The notes beneath the pieces were generated by a model. That model was not told the origin of the DNA, did no database searches, and saw only the letters and a program-made list of their open reading frames with translations. 64,000 nt of DNA from Squalus acanthias (lineage: Eukaryota): the NCBI GenBank assembly GCA_030390025.1, contig CM059431.1, positions 96,784,001-96,848,000 on the forward strand, given 5' to 3'. A program made the position numbers and the translations under genes. Positions 51,241-61,340 of the stretch are shown here, piece by piece. Numbering within the stretch: position 1 is the first letter of the stretch; each line of letters starts with the position of its first letter.

Positions 51241-52570
51241 GAATGTATGCAAGATAGTTTTCTAGATCAGTATGTTGAAGAACCAACTGGACTATTTTAA
51301 ATATAGTATTGTGCAATGAGAAAGGGTTAATTAATAACCTTGTAGTAAAGGGACTTTTAGGGACGAGTGACCACAATATGATAGAATTTTATATTGAGTT
51401 TGAAAGTGATTTAGTTAAATCCGAAACTAGGGTCTTAAATTTAAACAAAGTAAACTACATAGGTATGAGGGGCGAGTTGGCTACAGTAGATTGGGAAACT
51501 ACATTAAAAGGTATGACGGTAGACAAGCAATGGCTAGCATTTAAAGAATGAATACATAATTTACAACAAATATACATTCCTTTAAGGCACAAAAACCCCA
51601 CAGGAAAAGTGGTCCAACCGTGGCTAACAAGAGAAGTTAAAGATAGTATTAGATCAAAGGAAGAGGCTTCCACTGCTGCCAAAAAGAGTAGTAAGCCTGA
51701 GGATTTTAGAATTCAGCAAAGGAGGACCCAGAAATTGATAAAGAAAGGGAAAATAGAATATGAGAGTAAACTAGCAAGAGACATAAAAACACACTGTAAA
51801 AGCTTCTATAGGAATGTAAAAAGGCAAAGATTAGCGAAAGTAAATGTGGGTCCTTTACAGACTGAGACAGGAGAAATTATCATGGGGAATAAGGAAATGG
51901 CAGAGAAATTAAACAAATACTTTGTGTCCGTCTTCACGAAAAAGACGCAAAAAACTTCCCAGAAATAGTGGAGAACCAAAGCTCCAGCGAGAATGAGGAA
52001 CTGAAAGAAATTAGTATTAGTAAAAAAAAGTACTGGAGAAATTAATGGGACTGAAATCCGAGAAATCCCCTGGACCTGATGGCCTACATCCTAGGGTTTT
52101 GAAAGAGGTGGCTATAAAGATAGTGGATGCAATGGATGTCAGTTTTCAGTGCTTGGGCCTCAGCTATTCACAATCTACATCATGATTTGGATGAGGGGAC
52201 CAAATCTAATATATCCAAGTTTGCTGATGATACAAAGCTATGTGAGAATATAAGTTGTGAGGAGGATGCAAAGAGGATTCAAGGGTATATAGACAGGCTA
52301 CGTGAGTGGGCAAGAACATGGCAAATGGAATATAATGTGGAGAAATGTGAGGTTATCCACTTTGGTCGGAAAAATAGAAAAGCAGAGTATTTTTTAAATG
52401 GTGAGAGTTTGGGAAATATTGGTGTTCAGAGGGACCTGGGTGTCCTTGTACACGAATCACTGAAAGTTAACATGCAGGTACAGCAAGCAATTAGGAAAGC
52501 AAATGGTATGTTGGCCTTCATTACAAGAGGATTTGAGTACAAGAGTAAAGACATCTTATTGCAATTATAG

Positions 52571-54930
52571 AACAATATGTCATGGAACCAACCAGGGAAC
52601 AGGCTATTTTAGATCTTGTATTGTGTTATGAGACAGGGTTAATTAGCAATCTCATAGTAAAGGATCCTCTGGGGCAGAGTGATCATAATATGATAGAATT
52701 TTACATTAATTTTGAGAGTGACTCGCCTAAGTGCGAAACTAGAGTCTTAAGCTTAAATAAAGCCAATTACATAGGTATGAGGGGCGAGTTGACTAAGGTA
52801 AATTGGAAAAATAGATTAAAATATATGGCGGTAGATAAGCAGTGGCTAGCATTTAAAGAAATATTTCATAATTCTCAACAAAAATACATTCCATTGAGAA
52901 ACAAAAACTCCATGGGAAAAGTGATCCAACTGTGGCTAACTAAAGAAGTTAAGGATAGCATTAGATTGAAAGAAGAAGCTGAAATGTTGGAAAGAATAAT
53001 AGTAAGCCTGAGGATTGGGAGAGTTTCAGAAACCAGCAAAGGTTGACCAAAAAATTGATAAAAAGGGAAAAAATAGAATATGAGAGAAAACTAGCAAGAA
53101 ATATAAAAGCAGATTGTAAGAGTTTCTACAAGTATGTAAAAAGGAAAAGAATGGCAAAAGTAAACATTGGTCCCTTAGAGGCTAAGACAGGAGAAATTAT
53201 TATGGGGAATAAGGAAATGGCAGAAACGTTAAACAAATATTTTGTATCTGTCATCACAGTAGAAGACACAAAAACAAACCAAAAATGGTAGGGAACCAAG
53301 GGTCTAATGAGGGTGAGGAACTTAACGTAATTAATATAAGGAGAGAAAAAGTACTAGAGAAATTAATGGGACTAAAAGCCAACAAATCCCCTGGACCTGA
53401 CGGCCTACATCCTAGGGTTCTAAAAGAGGTGGCTGAAGAGATAGTGGATGCATTGGTTTTGATCTTCCAAAATTCCCTTGGTTCTGGAATGGTCCCTGCG
53501 GATTGGAAATGTAACACCGCTATTCAAGAAAGGAGGAAGACAAAACACAGTGAACTACAGGACAGTCATCGGGAAAATGCTGGAATCCATTGTTAAGGAA
53601 GTGGTATCAAGTCACTTAAAAAATCATAATATGATTAGGCAGAGTCAACATGGTTTTATGAAAGGGAAATCGTGTTTTACAAATTTATTAGAGTTTTTTG
53701 AGGATGTAACTAGCAGGGTAGATAAAGGGGAACCAGTGGATGTAGTATATTTGAATTTCCAAAAGGCATTTGATAAGGTGCCACATAAAAGGTTATTACA
53801 CAAGATTAGGGCTCATGGGGTTGGGGGTAATATAGTAGCATGGATAGAGGACTGGTTAACGGACAGAAAACAGAGAGTAGGGATAAATGGATCTTTTTCA
53901 TGTTGGCAGGCTGTAACTAGTGGGTGCCGCAAGGATCAGTGTTGGGGCCTCAGCTATTTACAATCTATATTAATGACCTAGATGTAGGGACCGAGTGTAA
54001 TGTATCCAAGTTTGCTGATGATACAAAGCTAGGTGGGACAGTAAGCTGTGAGGAGAACACAAAGAGTCTGCAAAGGGATATAGATAGACTAAGTGAGTGT
54101 GCAGTAAGGTGGCAGATGGAGTATAATGTAGGGAAATGTGAGGTTATTCACTTTGGTAGGAAGAATAGAAAAACAGAATATTTTTTAAATGGTGAGTAAC
54201 TTTCAAATGTTGGTGTTCAGAGAGATTTGGGTGTCCTCGTGCAAGAAACACAGAAAGCTAGCATGCAGGTACAGCAAGCAATAAGGAAGGCAAATGGCAT
54301 GTTGGCCTTTATTGCAAGGGGGTTGGAGTATAAGAGTAAGGAAGTCTTGCTACAATTGTACAGGGCCTTGGTGAGACCACACCTGGAGTACTGTGCACAG
54401 TTTTGGTCTCCTTATCTAAGGATATACTTGCCTTGGAGGCGGTGCAACGAAGGTTCACTAGATTGATTCCTGGGATGAGAGGGCTGTCCTATGATGAGAG
54501 ATTGTGTAGAATGGGCCTATACTCTCCGGAGTTCAGAAGAATGAGAGGTGATCTCATTGACACATATAAGATTCTGAAGGGGATTGACAGGGTAGATGTT
54601 GAGAGGTTGTTTCCCCTGGCTGGAGTGTCTAGAACTAGGGGGCATAGTCTCAGGATAAGGGGTCGGCCATTTAAGACTGAGATGAGGAGGAATTTCTTCA
54701 CTCAGAGGGTTGTGAATCTTTGGAATTCTCTGCCCCAGAGGGCTGTGAATGCTGAGTCTTTGAGTATATTCAACGCTGAGATAGATTTTTGGACTCATGG
54801 GGAATCAAGGGATATGGAGATCGGGCGGTAAAGTGGAGTTGAGGTCAATGATCAGCCATGATCTTATTGAATGGCGGAGCAGGCTCGAGGGGCCGTATGG
54901 CCTACTCCTGCTCTTACCTCTTATGTTCTT
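52571..54930 (+). mobile_element. 5'-truncated CR1 LINE 'B' nested inside LINE A
   Basis: Restarts at endonuclease motif EPTREQAILDL right after ...ILLQL of element A, and ends in its own 3' tail before A resumes. Confidence 0.9.
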
Positions 54931-56221
54931 ATATAGGGCCCTGGTGAGACCACACCTGGAGTATTGTGTACAGTTTTGGTCTCCTTACCTAAGGAAGGAT
55001 ATACTTGACATAGAGGGAGTGCAACAAAGATTCACCAGACTGGTTCCTGAGATGGGGGGATTGTCCTATGAGAAAAGATTGAGTAGACTAGGCCTATATT
55101 CTCTAGAGTTTAGAAGAATGAGAGGTGATCTCATTGAAACATACAAAATTCTTACAGAGCTTGACAGGGTAAATGCAGGGAGGATGTTTCCCCTGGCTGG
55201 GGAGTCTAGAACCAGGGGTCTCAGTCTCAGAATAAGGGGTCAGCCATTTAGGATTAAGATGAGGAGAAATTTCTTCACTCAGAGGGTGGTGAATCTTTGG
55301 AATTCTCTACCCCAGAGGGTTGTAGAGGCTCAGTCATTGAGTATATTCAAGACAGAAATCGATAGATTTTTGAATATTAAGGGAATCAAGGGATATGGGG
55401 ATAGTTCAGGAAAGTGGAGATGAGGTAGAAGATCAGCCATGATCTTATTGAATGGCGGAGCATGCTCGAAGGGCCAAATAGCCTACTCCTACTCCTATTT
55501 CTTATGTTCTTATGTGACCCCTCACAGGAACCTACACTCAGTGGCTGGACAACGTGATCCATGGGTTGACTGGAACCTTGTTGATCAGACCGTTGTGACT
55601 TGAGTTGGTAATTGGTTGAGAAGTAGAAGATAGATAGTAGGGATACAGGGAATGTTCTTTGATTGGTGGGATGTGACAACTGGCGTTCCCCAGTGACCTG
55701 TACTTGAGCCTCAACTTTTCACACTGTATATCAATGACTTGGATGAAGGAATGAAGAGTTGTAAATCCAAGTTTGAAGGTGACACAGTAAGTTGTGTAGA
55801 TGGGAGCAGGAAGTAGGAGCAAAGAACTGGGAGTTTATTGGCACGCACCATTTGTTATTTTAATAGGGAACAAGGTAGATACCGAGGGGACGTTACATAC
55901 AACACTTGGGCAAGGGGAGATCCCAGGTGTAGCACAGGCCTGGCCTTATTGGTCCAGTGCAGGTGGCTGTACAATGGTTCAAGTTGCTCTCCTAGCCCTA
56001 GCTCCACAGGGGGCGCTGGCAGACAGCATGCTGGGCTGATGCGGGGGTTCAGCCCCAGGGGAAGTAGGGGTTCACAGCCCTGGGAGGGTGGGGTTGTGTT
56101 GGTGTCTGTGTGTGTTGGTGTATGAATGGATGTGAAAAGCATAGAGATTTAATGGCAGATTTTTCATTAAAAATGAAATTAAATCTGAGATAAATAAAGC
56201 AGAGGATCTGCCTGAACTCAC

Positions 56222-56363
56222 TGTTGGTTATCCATGATGGGGCAAGATGTAGAAAGAGCCGTGACTGAAACTACTGAAAATACGAGAAATGTGATCACGA
56301 AGCCAAGGGCCAGAAGGTGATTCAGAGGATAATTCTTTTCTGGTTCCCATCCATCATTAGCCT
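56222..56363 (-). CDS. Putative exon encoding a transmembrane/signal-anchor segment (142 bp, phase 1 to 2)
   Basis: tttttttttataaaacag|AG...CA|gtgagt; ANDGWEPEKNYPLNHLLALGFVITFLVFSVVSVTALSTSCPIMDNQ. Confidence 0.72.
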
Positions 56364-56542
56364 CTGTTTTATAAAAAAAAATTCTAAATGAGTGAGATAT
56401 ATTAGAGTAAGGTCAAAATTCGATCCTCTATACATATTTATATTTATTTGTGATTAACTTTGTTAAACTTTGAATAAACTAATCATTAAATACTAGACAT
56501 TCAACAAGTAGTTGATTGCAATTCATTAAATAACAGTCGCAC

Positions 56543-56617
56543 CTTCCCCTTCTTTTAACAGTCCATTTCGTGCATCCCACTTCTGGTTTGGCTCATTTTG
56601 AGGTGTACTGGTTTGTC
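56543..56617 (-). CDS. Putative exon (75 bp, phase 1 to 1)
   Basis: ttctctttatggtttgtgttacag|GA...GAA G|gtgcga; only one open frame QTSTPQNEPNQKWDARNGLLKEGE. Confidence 0.68.
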
Positions 56618-57230
56618 CTGTAACACAAACCATAAAGAGAACATCCCATTAATGATGCGAAAAGGCTTGTTGCACAAATGAAGCAAATTCACTGCATAAA
56701 ATCGGTTTTGTTGCATCAAACGCAAACATCGACTGATTGTTATGGTTGGGCTGTCTCTGTAATCCCGTTATTAATGCTTGCAGCAAAATACAGTTTCTGT
56801 AAATAGAGCTGCGATATGAAACTTGCCACTTCAGGCTTTGAAGTGTGTGACAGGATTAACAATTAAACTTGTTACCCGAATATTTAGCACCCCAAGTTGC
56901 TTGGGCTATTCAATGTCCTCTCCAATACGTCAGCCTGTATCACTCAAGCTAAAACTATAAATTACATTTATTTAATAGAAAATTAGGATTACACAGAAAC
57001 AAAAAAAATATGCCAGATATCAATCTTGGAAATATTTACAACCCAAGATTGAATCAATTCACACGAGTTTAAAGTATTTTCTTCAGGACTTCAGTTTTAC
57101 ATCATTCATTAAACTTCAAGGCTTGTGGGAGACACCAGCTTCCTTCCTCTGGTGGATATAATGTTTGTACCTGGGTGAGGCAACGTTTCAGTCTTCCAGC
57201 TCAGATGTCTTGAACACAACCAAAACAGAA

Positions 57231-58110
57231 CATAAGAAATAGGAGCAGGAGTCGGCCATACGGCCCCTCGCGCCTGCTCCACCATTCAATAAGATCATGG
57301 CTGATCTTATACCTCAACTCAACACTTTCCCGCCCTATCCCCAAATCAATTGATTCCCTTAGTGTCCAAAAATCTATCTATCTCTGCCTTGAATATACTC
57401 AACGACTGAGCATCCACAGCCTTCTGGGGTAGTGAATTCCAAAGATTCACAACCCTGAGTGAAGAAATTTTTCCTCATCTCAGTCCTAAATGGCCAACCC
57501 CTTATCCTGAGAATATGCCGCCTCGTTCTAGACTCTCCAGCCAAGGAAAACATTCTCCCACCATCTACCCTGTCAAGCCCTCTAAGCATTTTACACGTTT
57601 CAATGTGATCACCTCTCATCTTTCCAAACTCCGGAGAATATAGACCTATTCTACTCAATCGCTCCTCATTGAACAGCCCTTTCATCCCAGGAATCAGTCT
57701 CGTGAACCTTTGTTGCACCCCCTCTAACACAAATGTGTCCTTCTTAGGTAAGGAGACTAAAACTGTAGACAGTACTCCAGGTGTGGTCTCACCAAAGCCC
57801 TATAATTGCAGCAAAACTTCCTTACTCTTGTACTCCAACCCCTTGCAAGAAAGGCTAACATACCATTTGCCTTCCTAATTGCTTGCTGTACCTGCCTGTT
57901 AACTATCTGTGTTTCGTGTACAAGGAGCCCCAAATCCCTCTGCCTACCAACATTTATTAGTCTCTCACCTTTCAAAAAATATTCTGCTTTTCTATTCTTC
58001 CTACCAAAGTGGATAATTTCACATTTCCCACATTATACTCCACCTTCTTGCCCACTCACTTTACCTGTCTATATCCCTTTGCAGCCTCTTTACGCCTCCT
58101 CACAGCTTAG
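57231..58110 (-). mobile_element. CR1 LINE 3' fragment
   Basis: ORFs 57757-57975 and 57374-57730. Confidence 0.93.
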
Positions 58111-58319
58111 TTTACCAGAACTGCAGATTACAGGAATAGCTGCCAAATATATTCTTCCAACAATACGCTTCTAATCAGATAGCTGTCAATCCCTTAATGA
58201 GGTATGATCTGATTCATCCTAGAACTTGATCTCTGTATCTTGTTTATTTGCTAATCATAGCCCCTGGGCCATATCCCCAGCTCCTTCTGCACCACCCTCC
58301 ATTTTACAGCCAACAGGGA

Positions 58320-59307
58320 TATCGTCAGTTTCCACATGTACGCTGACGACACCCAGCTCTACCTCATTACCTGTTCTCTCGACCCCTCCACGGTCTCTAA
58401 ATTGTCAGACTGCTTGTCCGACATACAGTTCTGGAGGAGCAAAAATTTTCTCTAATTAACTATTGGGAAGACCGAAGCCATTGTTTTCGGTCCCCGCCAC
58501 AAACTCCGTTCCTTAGCCACTGACTCCATCCCTCTCACTAACATCAGTTTGAGGCTGAACCACACTGTTCACAACTTTGGTGTCATATTTGACCCTGAAA
58601 TGAATTTCCGACCACATATCCGCAGCATAACAAAGACAGTCTACTTCCACCTCCGTAACATCGCCCGTCTCCGCCCTTGCCTCAGCTCATCCGCTGCTGA
58701 AACCCTCATCCATGCCTTTGTTACTTCTAGACTTGACTATTCCAACGCACTCCTGGCTGGCCTCCCACATTCCACCCTACGTAAACTTGAGGTCATCCAA
58801 AACTTGGCTGCCCATGTCCTAACTTGCACCAAGTCCCGTTCACCCATCATCCCTGTGCTCACTGACCTACATTGGCTCCCGGTTAAGCAGGGTTTCGATT
58901 TCAAAATTCTCATCCTTGTTTTCAAATCCCTCCATGGCCTTGCCACTCCCTATCTCTGTAAACTCCTTCAGCCCCACAACCCCCGAGATCTCTGCGCTCC
59001 TCTAATTCTGCCCTCTTGAGCATCCCTGATTATAATCGCTCCACCATTGGTGGCCGTGCCTTCTGTTGCCGAGGCCCTAAGCTCTGGAATTCCCTGCCTA
59101 AACCTCTCTGCCTCTCCACCTCTCTACCTCTCTTTCCTCCTTTAAGACGCTCCTTAAAACCTACCTCTTTGACCAAACTTTTGGTCACCTGCCCTAATTT
59201 ATCCTTATGTGGATCGGTGTCAATTTTTTTGTCTTAAAATACTCCTGTGCAGCGCCTTGGGATGTTTTACTACGTTAAAGGCACTATATAAATACAAGTT
59301 GTTGTTG
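58320..59307 (+). mobile_element. L2-clade LINE 3' fragment
   Basis: FHMYADDTQLY; GVIFDPEMNFRPHI...YFHLRNIARLRPCLS...HAFVTSRLDYSNALL; tail tatataaatacaag(ttg)n. Confidence 0.93.
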
Positions 59308-59794
59308 TATATCGTAACACCAGTTAGCTCAAAAACAGCCAGTTAGCCAATATATTAAAGACATCACCAACAGACTATTCAATTTCAAAATTACATCACC
59401 TGTGCAGGACCTGCTTACTTCACAAAATGCTGTGAAAATCCTGATATTATTTAGTTGGAAAATCTTGTTATTTCATTTCACCAGGTTGCGAGGAGGAGCA
59501 TTTACTCAGGAGGATAGTTTCTGTACATTAAAATATTCAGTCTCTAATAGATCTATTTGGCATATCAGTGAAAAATACTGAACAGGCAGGAATGCTGCAG
59601 TGCCAGATACTCCAGCCCATCGAGTGCAGTGAATAATAGAGAAAATTTTCAGAGTGTAGCACCTTAGCAAGCAAGAAATGAGCCTCATGAGGTTGGAACG
59701 AAACTCGTCAATACAGCCTTTGGATTGGAAACTTCAAAGCTATAAAAAAATGTGCAGTTATCCTCATCTCATTACAATATGCTTCACAGCCACG

Positions 59795-60060
59795 AGTTAG
59801 TTTCAAAGTGAAGTCACTGTGGTTCTGTAGACAAACAGCAGCCAATCTGTGCACAGCAAGGTCCCACAAACAGCAATGCGATAAATAATAAAGATAATCT
59901 GTTTTTGGTGATGTTGAGGGATAAATATTAGCCAGGACACTGGGAAGAACTCCCCTAGCTCTTCGAATAGTGCCATGGGATCTTTTACACCTACCTGAGA
60001 GGGTAGACGGGACCATCCAAAAGACGCCATCTCCGACAATGCAGCGCTCCCTCAGTACTG
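59795..60060 (-). mobile_element. SINE copy (Deu-domain type)
   Basis: Aligns by eye with 22440-22710. Confidence 0.75.
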
Positions 60061-60520
60061 CTCGATATCCTGGCAGCAGCCGTGATGACCTAGTTTGGTG
60101 TCAGGCTAGGTGCCTGCACTGATTCAAGGAACAAGCAGGTTGGATGGATGGCTGCTGGAGTCAGGGCTACCCTCTGGAGCCCTGCTTACTCATGTCAGTG
60201 AGTAACACCTGAACAGAGGCCCAAAGACAGTACAATGAGGCTCTTGGCACCCCACATTCGGGTGGAAGATATGATTTGCATGTCAAATCAGATTCAGCAG
60301 GTCCCGCTCTAACAGCCTCGGAAGGTCTCAGATTATCAACATCTGCTGTATCCTGTATAAATTTACTGTACAGAGAGGGGAATCCTTTCAGTCAATGGAC
60401 CGGGAAGATCCGCCTGAAGCCTTGGCAGAGGAGGAGGAAGACAAAATAGAGGAGAAAGGTGAAATGAATGAGAATGATGTGCAGCCAAGAAGAATAGTGC
60501 GTCAATCAATTTTTGGTCTC
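60060..60520 (+). mobile_element. Second Harbinger transposase relic (C-terminal part)
   Basis: RYPGSSRD...GWLL..QGYPLEPCLLM...TEAQRQYNEA...CCILY..acidic tail, with frameshifts. Confidence 0.7.
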
Positions 60521-61340
60521 AGGATGTGGGTGATGCTGGCAAACCCACATTTATTGCCCATCCCTAGTTGCCCTGAAGAGGTGGTGGCGAGCCTTCTCCT
60601 TTAACCGCTGTGGTCCTTGTGGTGAAGGTGCTCACACAGTGCTGTTAGGGAAGGAATTCTGAGATATTGACCGAACAATGATGAAGGAATGGCGATACAT
60701 GTCCAAGGCAGGATGGTGTGTGACCTGGAGTGGAACTTGGAGGTGTAGATTTCATTAACCCTGTACTCAGCCAGTGTTCTGGGACACCACAGAGGACTCT
60801 TTGGCCGAGGCAGCAGTGGGCATCCTTGATCCCCGAGGACCTTCACTCACTAAGAATCAGCAAGAGGAGGCTGTGACAGGGAAGGCCGCTCTTGCCCTCG
60901 AGTTTGATTGAAGGCCCTTCTCCATAAGCTCTTGGACCAACTCTCTGGTAAACCACAGCAGTGAAGGCTTAGCTCCTCAGTGAGGTTTGTAAATAGATCC
61001 GTCCAGGAGTGTAACAATAGGCAGGTGGTCTCCTTCTCCAAAGAGGCTGTGTATGATGGGATCCCAGAGGAACGCCCATAGTGCTGAAGGGGATGTTGGG
61101 CTCCAAGTGCTCCCCAACATTTAACCACACACTGCACCCCTTCTGCATTAACAACTGAAAAGTTCACAAATCTAAAGGCACAAAATTGCAGTTCCACTTT
61201 GCTGAGAGTCAAACCCAGTTACCCGTTTATTTGGGGGTAGACTGCACCTGATCATCTACCAGCTGAGCCAAGCTGGCACTGAACTGGAAGATAAATTAAT
61301 CGTTTGGCCAGTTTCTGCACCACCCTGGATTTTTGTCAGT

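Larger units (their letters stand above)
49132..55513 (+). mobile_element. Near full-length CR1 LINE 'A' (5' UTR, ORF1 Cys-rich/leucine-zipper plus SGNH esterase, decayed ORF2 with internal deletion), split by nested inserts
   Basis: ORF1 MAVQVVCRNCSMWE... and VVVGDSIARG...HVGTNN...DGLHLN; ORF2 pieces 50334-52570, resuming at 54931 (YRALVRPHLEY) to the tail ttatgttcttat. Confidence 0.93.
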
